From a virus: 64,000 nucleotides of DNA. The stretch lies in IMG/VR virus record IMGVR_UViG_3300025789_000020. One strand, given 5' to 3'. The position numbers and the translations under genes are program-made. Under the pieces are notes generated by a model that had not been told where the DNA came from, searched no databases, and saw nothing but the letters and a program-made list of their open reading frames with translations. This document shows, piece after piece, positions 30,801 to 37,681 of this stretch; positions within the stretch are counted from its first letter, which is position 1, and each line of letters starts with the position of its first letter.

Positions 30801-33553
30801 GCTTTAGATGATAGCTCAGTTAGATTGAAACTATTTGTTAATGGATATAATTTTATTCTGTAATCTACTACATTTAAATTTGTAGCTAAACTTGCGCCGT
30901 ATGGCACCATATCACTAAAGTAATAAGGATGTGTAGTTGGAGTATCTTTATTGATCTGTTGGATTATAAGATTTACTAATGTTCTTGAATCTGCTTCAAC
31001 ACCAAGAGATTCAGCAACTGCAATTAAATTTCGTTTATAGTTATTATATTCATCTCTTGCAAGTTCTAATGCGTGAACAATATTATTCTGTGGCGAAGTA
31101 ACATGGTACAACGAAAGACTTGCTGGACCGCTATGTTGAACAAACTTAGTGCCAAATGCTGATAAGTTTCCTAAATCTCGTAAATTGCTTTCGCCTGGGA
31201 ATGATCCAACAAATATTGTTCCTAAATTGTCAACAATAGAATTAACATGATCAATTACTTCACCTAAAGTGAATTCAACTATTTGATTGTTTAATGGATT
31301 ATTTTGTAAGTTGATCGGAATCTCATAGTATCCATTAGCATTAATAGATTGATTTGCATAGGCTTTGATTGTCAATACATCAGTCAGCAGAATATCTGTT
31401 GTTAGAACAATCTGTTTAAAACTAGGAGTATCAACAATTGACCAATTTGGCCAGTCTAGTCGCTTGCCGTTAACAAACACTCTTACTACTAGATCATTTA
31501 AATTACTAATATCATCAAATATATCTAAATTAAAATTATTTGTTTTATTAGAATTTTTATATATTCTAATAGCGGCTTGCACTGTATCAACTACAGATTT
31601 TTTCCAGCCATTTTCGTATACAACATTACCAGCATAATCTTGTGTAACAAGATACCCAACATTTATACCTTGATCAATAACCGCAGTAGTTTTTTTATAT
31701 TGAAAAATATCTGTAGCTAGATTAAAATTAAAAACAATGTCACCAATGTTGCTTACATTTTTGTATGATAATGCAAATCCTAAATTAGAGTCGGCAATGC
31801 CAGTTCCAATTTTGTATGAAAAAATTTGTGTTCCTATAAATGTTGAACCATTATATACACTGGTATCACCAAAACTAATTTTATTAGAATCAACAATATC
31901 AAATAATGGCGGCTGATTTACAGTTGTTTTCTTTTGTGCTAACTTCCATGCTGTTCCATTATACCAGTAACTCTGACCTTGGTTAGATTTGCCTTGTCTT
32001 ACTAAGACTACATGATTTAATGACGGTGTTTCAATTTCAACTAAATGAATTTGCTTAAGACCATTGATATGTTGTATGTCAATAAATTCTACTTGGTAAA
32101 TTTTATTCTTAACAAGAATATCAGTGTCGGCAGTAAACAGTATCTTATGTCCTGTTTGTAAAGCTACTGAGTCAATATTATATCCAAATGAACCTTCAAT
32201 TGTTGAGAACACATCAGTTGTAAAGTTATCAATCAGGTCAATGTCATCTATAGCTGTTGTACCATAGTTGAATAATTTTAAATCAGCATTGAATTCAATA
32301 ATTGGACGAATTGCTCTGTATTTTTGATCTAAGCTGGCTATTGAATTGTTAAACAATGCGCTGGCATTTATAACATCTTTATGGAACCAACGATTATATC
32401 GACTCCATGGATTGTAATCTCGAGAAGCTCGGCTGATTACAATATAATCTAAGCTATCTGCAAATCCGCTAGCATTGTCAAATGGCTCTGTATCAAACGA
32501 ATCAGAATCAAATAAAATGTCAGTTACAGTAGTATAAGGACTTGTAATTTCTAAGATTGACTCAGGAATTAGTTTAATAGAAATTCCAACACCGTCAACA
32601 TAAAATTGTCCAGATGCATAAGTTGCAGGAGTAACATTACCACCAAAGGCAATTTTCATTCCGTTACTTAACTCTATGCCATTAGCTAGTTTATACTGTT
32701 TTTTTCCAAGGATTTCATTTTCAACATCAATGAATGTGTCTTCAAGGATGTTGTAGATTTCAATTGCTCCGCCAAGATTTAAATCACTTTCACTTTGATA
32801 GTACAACAAGCTAGGTGCATCTAATGGGATAGTAAAAGTTATTGTTCCGTTTGTAACAGCACTTCCGCTTAGTGTTGCAGTTTCGTATCTATCTGCAATG
32901 CCTAAACTTCTAGCTGTTTTAAAACTAAAAGGATTACCTGGACTAGTAATTTCAAATGTGTATGTCTGTCCTCTAAATAATCTTAATACAGGGTTTCGAG
33001 TAAATCCGTTAGGCGTGAATAGATATTCGTTATTGTTTAATTCCGACTCAAGTGTTACTGTATATGTACTTTCTATAGCAAGTTGCTGTCCATAAATTTT
33101 AATTAACTCTGGACCGTACGGTAACCAATAGTAATTTTGAAAGTTAACAAACTTGTCCCAATCAATATGTGGATCCCAAGAATAGAATTCTTGTGCATTT
33201 AGTCTTGCATGATTACTAGTATTAGCGCCAAATACATTTAATTGATTAATATAGTCAATATAATCTTTAAAATAAGTTACGTTACCAATAGAATCCGTTA
33301 CTGTTAAAGAAGGCTCTAATTGATAATTTTGTCTTGCGGCGTCAGATGCCTTGACGAATATGTCAGTGCCTGTTGACGATTTAGCATTTTCTCGACCGAT
33401 ATACCCGTTAACTTTTTTAATTGCACCAGGTTGATATAATTGATCAAGTGTAGCTTGAAGGAATTTTTTATTAGCTTCTGTTCTATAAAACTGTGGAAGT
33501 AAATTTAAACTAAGACCAGAACTATTACCGTTAGGGTTAACACTATCAACCAT
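18824..33553 (-). CDS. Giant multidomain virion/baseplate protein (4909 aa, in the gp7 position)
   Basis: Uninterrupted 14.7-kb ORF directly after gp6, with GSGY repeats, CBM5/12-like modules and FG-GAP-like repeats. Confidence 0.8.
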   Translation of the reverse strand: MVDSVNPNGNSSGLSLNLLPQFYRTEANKKFLQATLDQLYQPGAIKKVNGYIGRENAKSSTGTDIFVKASDAARQNYQLEPSLTVTDSIGNVTYFKDYIDYINQLNVFGANTSNHARLNAQEFYSWDPHIDWDKFVNFQNYYWLPYGPELIKIYGQQLAIESTYTVTLESELNNNEYLFTPNGFTRNPVLRLFRGQTYTFEITSPGNPFSFKTARSLGIADRYETATLSGSAVTNGTITFTIPLDAPSLLYYQSESDLNLGGAIEIYNILEDTFIDVENEILGKKQYKLANGIELSNGMKIAFGGNVTPATYASGQFYVDGVGISIKLIPESILEITSPYTTVTDILFDSDSFDTEPFDNASGFADSLDYIVISRASRDYNPWSRYNRWFHKDVINASALFNNSIASLDQKYRAIRPIIEFNADLKLFNYGTTAIDDIDLIDNFTTDVFSTIEGSFGYNIDSVALQTGHKILFTADTDILVKNKIYQVEFIDIQHINGLKQIHLVEIETPSLNHVVLVRQGKSNQGQSYWYNGTAWKLAQKKTTVNQPPLFDIVDSNKISFGDTSVYNGSTFIGTQIFSYKIGTGIADSNLGFALSYKNVSNIGDIVFNFNLATDIFQYKKTTAVIDQGINVGYLVTQDYAGNVVYENGWKKSVVDTVQAAIRIYKNSNKTNNFNLDIFDDISNLNDLVVRVFVNGKRLDWPNWSIVDTPSFKQIVLTTDILLTDVLTIKAYANQSINANGYYEIPINLQNNPLNNQIVEFTLGEVIDHVNSIVDNLGTIFVGSFPGESNLRDLGNLSAFGTKFVQHSGPASLSLYHVTSPQNNIVHALELARDEYNNYKRNLIAVAESLGVEADSRTLVNLIIQQINKDTPTTHPYYFSDMVPYGASLATNLNVVDYRIKLYPLTNSFNLTELSSKAVGVYLNGTQLIHGRDYTFVDQNFINVSATLANGDVITTYEYESTDGCFIPETPTKLGFWPKYEPKLYLDTSFVTPRWMIQGHDGSQILAYGTYGANSTSDFRDGILLEFEKRIFNNIKVNYDTSIFDLATIIPSYNRTNSYSVDEFNQVLAPNFYKWTGLVGVDFTKPLSYDRSNSFTYNYTGHSSPNGSNVPGYWRGIYRWMLDTDRPNLCPWEMLGFSIEPTWWTSLYGLAPYTSDNLPMWQDINDGMVREPGVPPVYLPQYAKPFLMQHIPVDESGNIVSPAISGLASGIFTVSTDNNFVFGDVSPVEAAWRRSSYYPFSVLVASMLLTPSQTFGVLLDRSRIVRNLAGQLINADTGLRIRPADVVLPSIYSSSTRVQTAGIINYIIDYILHFTFSNNIKSYNTYQTELTTMVPRLSYRVGSFTNKDQFNLLLDSKTPLSAGSVFVPTEDYNIVLNTSSTVRKITYSGVIITKLSTGYQVKGYSITQPYFKYYNYTKTGAKINVGGISETYVSWTPFQQYGAGSVVKYNNAYYRVQTTHTATDTFIQSYYQVLPDIPIIGGANAALRSEWDRTTSVVVPYGTLFLSVQDVVDFLLGYGEWLKDQGFIFDDYNKNLGTVTNWESSSKEFLFWTTQNWSASTSKWQDWTPNINVPYGNIVRYNGDYYSAVVNIPASSIFDTTLYNKLDGLSDIGSSVISLSPAASKLTFNAPLTVVQDINDQFNNYEIFKVDGTPLSSIFLDSYRENNLVSYNTKTTDGIYCASFYLVQIEHLVILNNTTIFNDTIYNPETGYRQERIKLSGYITSGWYGGLDIPGFIYDQAIIQEWEPWKDYALGDTVSHQSFYYSALSFVAGSLTFNAGDWVKLTEKPTPRLLPNWTNIATQFTDFYSLDDDNFDTSQQKVAQHLIGYQKRQYLDNIIQDDVSEYKFYQGMIREKGTQNVLNKLFDVLSSKNKESLVFYEEWALRVGQYGASNSFENIEFVLDEKLFRNNPQGYLLLPQHDSTLNVFINQQTPNDVYLKPLGYNSQPWPVLSKYNPYLRDAGYVDTADVFLTLKSLSDITSQDITKFNNGAYVWVTFEKNNWNVYRYTDINMVVQSVSYNATTKILTITTQNLVNLQAGSYVGLAQVALLQGFYQIQSVTLNSFTISATITGFPGQFTQSANLVVYALVSQRASSIDAIDSILPKVINDNELIWTDKNADNKWAVWKYNPIYTQSFINNYDPQNNLEYGLTVAMNKAGNISAVGTAIGEVITYDKASVATPWIQRQAIQPPFIAHNNLNLISNIARVIAFSPDGSYMATGSPLAGYASHNFVGVWATGTVYGTGLIVSIDPLSDGNIQYYQAISTTSDNPIGSVNWERIPYIPVSQTGSWSKYDSYPLNTLVTYNDVLYQAIQQTYGQTTITITAINGLTGELTTTSTANLQVGRRLTFAVGTTFGGIIPTQAYYVLRISGSTTFTITDTYNGNNFALLTTSTGTMTATQVAPTPPSSGSASWSTVSPQVGPAQHGVVSLYSKDTNNIYTLVDTIISPEISANEQFGSTITFGTNNLFIGAIGNNNNTGAVYGLVYTEFLEATTGYNPVGSGISTIVVSSTVGIRPGMYVQGIGFTGNQQVEAVLNTTTLVLTGSPNSEPSGALNFISIGWRYQPVLPITGTVAGSNFGSSITISDNNAVLVIAAAGGTVAGTVTVLFNSLNGQAGTQQLISGSNVDFGISVDLSDDGTYLIISDDSASAPLVPQLGNVYIYKFNGTNYGSTPYQTLVDHQPETNGRFGNKVAFMNNYKTIVVYSLYGDTETFMTFNTNGVTTFDKNSTTFSTKNINSGRIDIYDNYSTKWVFSESLTTTNQALDGYGAGFAVGDNHVFVSAPNALDYDNQGTSYVSGRVYYYGKMPNEYSWQTYKQEILKPDVSKVKKAFLYNRSTNQLITYLDVVDQAQGKIPGPADEEIKFKTFYDPAVYTVGDATVNVDTSSAWSKDQVGMLWWDLRTAKFIDSYSDDVVYRNSTWNSLVVGSTIDIYEWVQTPLLPSAWDKIADTGPGVAAGVSGKSLYGDNSYSTRQVYDNVSKKFKITYFYWVKNKKITPNVSGRNMSASNVATLIGNPRGQGYTFLALTGLNSFSLINAKQYLSDVNVVLSVEYWLVDKIDQNIHNQWKMISNDPAVNIPSVIEKKLFDSLCGRDTAGRLVPDPALPIKLKYGIENRPRQGMFVNRFEALKQYIEYANNIMIAQQIVSNCDISSLQSFDPEPNINTGLYDVVFDTDAELRFANVVTYSRASAVPVIVDGKIVGVTITTPGKGYLIAPYISIVGTGSGAIVKATINTLGEITGATVINSGSGYSDSTSCLIRDYSALVHSDSQATGNWSIYSYDGINQVWSRIITQAYDVRNFWSYADWFATGYTQFTAVDHSVATLAELNNITVLVGEVVKVRTTNSGGWELLTKYANSTSVDWTLSYSVVGIQNGTIQFNSTLYEFVDTSIGYDGSTFDGESFDTVAAVELRVILNAIKNNIFINTLKQEYLNLFFTAVRYAHSEQSYIDWIFKTSFVRAEHNVGALSQPVTYIPENLSNFEDYIAEVKPYRTKIREYISNYENLDTGQLAVTDFDLQPVYENGQVSLINTYVANGSIQASDPAIQTYPWKFWLDNAGYVVTELKIVSGGSGYVTQPTVVITSDSGSGATATALYTNGVVNRIILLTPGSGYLSAPTVTIKGGITATGTPAVAVAIIGDSPVRSTLIKVKFDRLTQTYYINQLENTETFTGSGSKVQYKLQWAPDIRIGKSSVTVNGTPVLRELYKLTTVTSTAKGYTSYSGSITFTSPPPVGAEIIVNYIKNWDLLTSADRIQYYYNTSSGNLGKDLAQLMTGIDYGGVIVTGLGFDISSGWDALPYYSDKWDSVDPLFDDYIVTASTNQRVFTLPYTPTAGTQINVYHLQSNVDSYVSDGVKLSYAYNVLSELPVVTVVRTVVSATHSLTVNSAGLTTLTIASTDGLKIGDVVTCNSTASFSYNTTITAIPSSTTVSLSQIIFVDVPTGSSIVFTRTLVPAVDVTINKNGSIILVTAVTAGSVINITGILSPVRIDDPQYGTAQQTNFNAVMYTPIAGSPGQTITPLDGGGATITGSPTVDDAGQASTVYGQSDSTIDGEIINNVITNVVELPPEFVVSSGDRFIFRKSTSDGSVTPQNVDYDTAITGGDLAYSTATGFAADDIIMDGDGLVTPTSSPAPEEVVPGQVVDTLAIKVYDQNSSGSANFKVDRYFSDGITSSYAISQQPNSSQAVIVKLGNVIETQIDNYTIDYRNKLVIFNTVPAAGQEIGIFSIGFNGSNILDIDYFVGDGITQEFITRATWLDSITTLVYVDGVVTNADLFKTDSSYSLVDAVGIRFVKPPVTGALINFVIVSGNQQTFAITKTERITPNGSLTSFVLANPIGTSIPTESNIIVRVGSNILRAPTNSYFTIGNNRLNYTIDPTKFRPYVLAITNIQVIANGVELILGKDYIVDISGITIKLSKPAYKTYTGTQLVVSVNAGADYSYTPSNNTITFNTAPAINSVVEIISSYQHNILDIERTTTTVTSDLSLTPDTLEFYTYNAISNGRIVLDRPVIDENYVWVIQNNTLLIPSFDYKVNDDRNSIQLAHAPAANDNISVMLFSSNVLTASISYMQFKDMLNRVIYKRLSLNKQTILVNDLLWNDTIITVKDASNFDVPNPSQNKPGIIEIRGERIEYFALNGNVLSRLRRGTLGTGTPPLHIAGSIVQDIGGSETIPYTDTTTVEQILSDGTNIVNLQITPMAEVIASGKAYTTTANWNYASGYESSIPAGYLQADDIEVFVGGYDTSLTWTSGVLYPVGVVVNVNTYTYRCITAHTSSDKFSTDSSNWQFFIGNIRLKKSPYKVHNVNVAPYSPEGDVQLDADFAVNGVSSSIRLTNKLAVGTQVTVVKRSGTAWDGALNILDDNNTISRFLKATPGIWYTDYNKYLQQPTAVISTFDSSVGTFDSTTTTFDQGN

Positions 33554-36500
33554 TTGTTACTCCAAAGTTTGCACTTGTAACATTCTGTGATGTTACTAAA
33601 GACGTTAGTGCGTTGCCAGATACTGTTTTTAAGTTTGCTGATGTAAACCCAGATACAACTACAATAGTATCTGATGTTGCGCAACTTAAGAATATTTGAT
33701 TGCTAGGACATTTAATTTCAAATAATGCTCCAAAATATAAATCACCTTGTTTTGGAATAATTACAAAATTTGTAATATCAGGTGCAAGCTGGTTCATTAC
33801 ATATGTTGATAATTCTGTAAAATAGAATGTATCTCCAAAATTCCAGTTATCCAACGCAAAGAATGTATTAATTGCAGATAATATTCTTGCTTTAATATCA
33901 TTATCTGATGCTGTTGAACTGGTGTTTTTAATAACACTAAATGTTGCTTGTAAATTGTTAGGAGCCTGAGGACCAAATAACAACTGATAGCTCACTGGAT
34001 GATATATTATTTCATCTGATATTGCTTTAATAGGATCAAGATTAGAACTTAATAGACTATGTAATTCAGACGAGCTAGGAGGAAGTGGTTCGCTAATATT
34101 TGCACCACTTAGCCATTGTCTATATCTGTTATTATAATCATTAGTTAATACATACACATCCATGATGTTACTAGATCCGGGATCAATTCTTGAATCATAG
34201 TCTGCACTATGAGTGTATTGGAATTTTAATTTATCTCGACCGATATAAACTTTATAATCTAAACTTATGTTTAAAGTAGAAGTTGATGCATCTAATTTCT
34301 TCACTACATCTGTATCTACAAAATAAAAATATTGTCCGTCAGTGTACTGTGTTAAAAATCCAACTTGATTCTCAGATGGTAATATCAACACAACATTTGC
34401 CGTGTTGCTAACGTACTTATAGTCTTCCTGCCCTTGACTGATCAAATAACGTTGTTGAATAATATAATTCAATTTATTAATTGTAAGAGTTGTATTAACT
34501 AGTGTAGCAGTTGTTGGATTGTTTATTGTTAAAGACACTCCAGGGGTAACTGCTGTAATAATTGTATTAGGAGCAATACCTGCGCCAATAATAGATGCTC
34601 CAACCATACTGCTTACGGCTAATAGCGAACTAATTGCTGTTGTGTTAATTGCCGCTGAGCCAGCAATGTTAGATGTTGTAACAATGTCAAGGAACAACTG
34701 AGGATTATCAACTACTCCATTATTATCACTATCAGTGAAAGTAACTACAATTTTTTTAGGGTCAACATATCCATCTAATCCGCTAAAAGATGATATTACT
34801 TCCCATGGTAAACTACTGGTAAAGGGCAACGATCCAAGCGGTTGAGTGTTAATGTTTAATACATTAATCGAGTCTTTAACAATTGAAGTCGATACAATAT
34901 CATAAATTTTTTGATCAGAGTCAAAATAGAAATTAAGCTGGCTATCACTTTCAAATATGTATCTCAACAACCGTGTTGTAATTGTATAGAATTCGTTGTT
35001 AGTAGTAAACAACATAAACCAACTAGCATCTTGTTGTAGGTTTGATGTACTACCTTGATTTGCTAGACTAAAAATTGTAGTTGTATTAAGATTTGCTTCA
35101 AAAATAATTTGCCATGATTGTGTAGAAGCATCATATCGTAATCCAAATGGTTGGTTGGCGAATATTAAATCAATCATTGTTGTTATAACTGTTGAATCAA
35201 TTGTTCGTGTTAGCTTTGGAATTATTTGAGAAATGATCGCTGAACTTGGAACTGGGATATTTAAAGCTATTGGTCCGTTTCCAGATGATAACACCCCAGT
35301 ACCTGAAGCGGTGCCGTCTTGTGCAATTGAAACTGCTTCAGCCCAAATATAGTAACTTGAACCATTTGATATTGGTATTCCAGCAACTAGCGTATTAAGA
35401 TTATTATTATCAAAATAATATCCAGCCGGTGCTGTGAATTTAATTAAAGATCCTAATGTAACATATTGTAAATCTGTTGCGGTATATGATCCAGTTTTAT
35501 AAATCACACGACCTGTTGAATCTCCAATATAACCAGTTGATGCATTGCTATCAGTTGTTACATTATGCCAAATTAAATTTACAGCAGTATTAATATTGTT
35601 TGTAAAATTTGTATAATAGAAATTTCTTAAATCTGGAGAATTTAATACATCATAAATTGTATTAACAATAACACTTTCAATGTCCGACTGTGTAGTGTAT
35701 GAAAAATTAATTAATGATGTGTACGGATTTTGATATATGACACCGTCATCTGCAAACAAGTTAGTACTACTGTATTTTCCAGTAGGATCTACTAAATCAA
35801 AATAGCGGCTAATGCCACTACTAGATCTGTTAACTGATTTTATTTTTGCAATTTTTTGTGTAGCAGATAGCGGACTAATATTATAGTCTTCACCAGTAAT
35901 CATACGATTTTGTGTATAGTATGTTGCTGGAGCATTTGCTTTTATACTAGCATTTGTTTCTGTTTGCGTAGCATTGCTAACAGTACTAGGAAGTCCTAGA
36001 GAAATTGTTAAAGTCTCTGCTTGATTTCTTGCAGATATATAAGGTATATTAATTGTTACATTTAATATATCAGATGGGTTAATAGTGTATGATAGATTAT
36101 TACTGGTTCTGTAATAACTTCTAAAAGTGCCTAACGGTAAATTTCCAAACGTACCATCGCTAAATGATAAACTAACTGCATCGCCTGCTCTAGTTATTAC
36201 GCTGTAAATGTTTTTAATTTTATTAGACAAGCTATTGTAAATAATATTGTTGCCAGTTAAATTAGGAACTTTAGTCCATAATTCTGATTCTAAGCCGGTT
36301 GAATCTAACTTGTATAACCATACATCTGTATTATTAATATTTTGTGTATTAATGTTTATAATTTCGTTTGTACTAGGTTGAGTAATTGAAAATACACCTT
36401 GCTGTAATGTACCTTGTGTGAAATTAAAGAAAAATCCAGTATTGCTACTGCCAGCACCATAGCCGTCATCTGTGTATACACATGCTAGATGATTACCAAC

Positions 36501-37193
36501 TTTAGGCGGTTCTTCGTATATAAAGGTTTGTCCGTTAAACGTTGTACTGGTAATTTCAAAAGCCATTGAACGACCAGCAACAGTTTTGGTAAAACTGTAC
36601 AATGGAATATCTGTATTAGAAGCGTTGAATCTATACTGCGCAGAATTAATACCATAGATTGTTGCAGAATCGACTGGGTTACCAAATTGTTGAGTTTGCG
36701 GTAAGGCCGCATTGATTATTTTGATAAACTGATCGTACCAGTTAACATTACTTGGATCATTCCAAGTAATTACTTGTCCAGATAAATTTCTGCCGTTGCT
36801 GTCAATAACATTTTCAGTAGTTTTAATAGTACTAAATTTTAGCAATCCTCTAGCGGCTACGTTTCTACTAGCATTATAGCTAATTAATCGTGCTAGGCGT
36901 AAGATGCTATCGCGGCGTTCTGCTAGTTCTAAAAAGTTTTCACGTGCATTTAAATCAACACGGAAGGCAATACTTTGTCCAACATATGCAATAAGGTCAA
37001 TAAGAGCAAGATATTCGCTAGATTCAATATAATCGTTAAAATCTTCAGGAAAATTTGTACGGATATATTCGATCATAGATCTGCGTAAGTTTTCAAAGTC
37101 GTAACTTTGAAAGTCAGCATTTTTAAAGGACTGATAAATCTTTGTCCAGTCTTGGCTTATGAGCAGGTTATTTTGACGATCTGTTGAACTCAT
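33546..37193 (-). CDS. gp6: Baseplate wedge subunit (T4 gp6-like)
   Basis: N-terminal DFENLRRSMIEY...FNDYIESSE...LIDLIAY...ARENFL..A.RRDSILRLARLISY and QNRMITGEDY motifs. Confidence 0.85.
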   Translation of the reverse strand: MSSTDRQNNLLISQDWTKIYQSFKNADFQSYDFENLRRSMIEYIRTNFPEDFNDYIESSEYLALIDLIAYVGQSIAFRVDLNARENFLELAERRDSILRLARLISYNASRNVAARGLLKFSTIKTTENVIDSNGRNLSGQVITWNDPSNVNWYDQFIKIINAALPQTQQFGNPVDSATIYGINSAQYRFNASNTDIPLYSFTKTVAGRSMAFEITSTTFNGQTFIYEEPPKVGNHLACVYTDDGYGAGSSNTGFFFNFTQGTLQQGVFSITQPSTNEIININTQNINNTDVWLYKLDSTGLESELWTKVPNLTGNNIIYNSLSNKIKNIYSVITRAGDAVSLSFSDGTFGNLPLGTFRSYYRTSNNLSYTINPSDILNVTINIPYISARNQAETLTISLGLPSTVSNATQTETNASIKANAPATYYTQNRMITGEDYNISPLSATQKIAKIKSVNRSSSGISRYFDLVDPTGKYSSTNLFADDGVIYQNPYTSLINFSYTTQSDIESVIVNTIYDVLNSPDLRNFYYTNFTNNINTAVNLIWHNVTTDSNASTGYIGDSTGRVIYKTGSYTATDLQYVTLGSLIKFTAPAGYYFDNNNLNTLVAGIPISNGSSYYIWAEAVSIAQDGTASGTGVLSSGNGPIALNIPVPSSAIISQIIPKLTRTIDSTVITTMIDLIFANQPFGLRYDASTQSWQIIFEANLNTTTIFSLANQGSTSNLQQDASWFMLFTTNNEFYTITTRLLRYIFESDSQLNFYFDSDQKIYDIVSTSIVKDSINVLNINTQPLGSLPFTSSLPWEVISSFSGLDGYVDPKKIVVTFTDSDNNGVVDNPQLFLDIVTTSNIAGSAAINTTAISSLLAVSSMVGASIIGAGIAPNTIITAVTPGVSLTINNPTTATLVNTTLTINKLNYIIQQRYLISQGQEDYKYVSNTANVVLILPSENQVGFLTQYTDGQYFYFVDTDVVKKLDASTSTLNISLDYKVYIGRDKLKFQYTHSADYDSRIDPGSSNIMDVYVLTNDYNNRYRQWLSGANISEPLPPSSSELHSLLSSNLDPIKAISDEIIYHPVSYQLLFGPQAPNNLQATFSVIKNTSSTASDNDIKARILSAINTFFALDNWNFGDTFYFTELSTYVMNQLAPDITNFVIIPKQGDLYFGALFEIKCPSNQIFLSCATSDTIVVVSGFTSANLKTVSGNALTSLVTSQNVTSANFGVTNG

Positions 37194-37211
37194 GTTTTAT
37201 CCTAATAAGTG

Positions 37212-37219
37212 TATTTATT
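37212..37219 (-). promoter_or_regulatory. Late promoter AATAAATA
   Basis: Intergenic, upstream of the AGGA RBS of gp6. Confidence 0.6.
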
Positions 37220-37243
37220 GAATAAAATTATATGCGTAGTTAA

Positions 37244-37681
37244 TCATGCGATTGATAATCCAGAGGCTTGATCAAACTGTAATTTTAAATTTTGAGAGAT
37301 GTTATATGGTAGGTATTTCAGTGTACATTCAATCTGTATACCCTTGTCGTAGCTAGTTACAACAACGTTTTCAGCTTGAATCCTAGGATCATAATTGACA
37401 ATTTCATTGACATTTTGTAGTATTAAATCTTTTACTTGCTCTGTCATAGGTTCAAATATTAAGTCCCAGATAATTGTACCAAAGGTAGGATTCATCAATC
37501 GTTCACCCTGGCGAACATAAAAGTGATTTAGTAAATCTTGTTTAATTAATTCAAAGTCGTATAATGTAAAATTTTGTGTAGTCGTGTTAACTGTGCTAAA
37601 TCCTCGATACATTTGAGGAGTAGTTGCTGTTATAGTAGTACGAGCTTGTAAATTAATATTTTCGTAAAGATTATTGGCCAT
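37244..37681 (-). CDS. gp25: Baseplate wedge subunit (gp25-like)
   Basis: IKQDLLNHF...GERLMNPTFGT.IWDLIFEP...YDPRI, the GPW/gp25 pattern. Confidence 0.88.
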   Translation of the reverse strand: MANNLYENINLQARTTITATTPQMYRGFSTVNTTTQNFTLYDFELIKQDLLNHFYVRQGERLMNPTFGTIIWDLIFEPMTEQVKDLILQNVNEIVNYDPRIQAENVVVTSYDKGIQIECTLKYLPYNISQNLKLQFDQASGLSIA

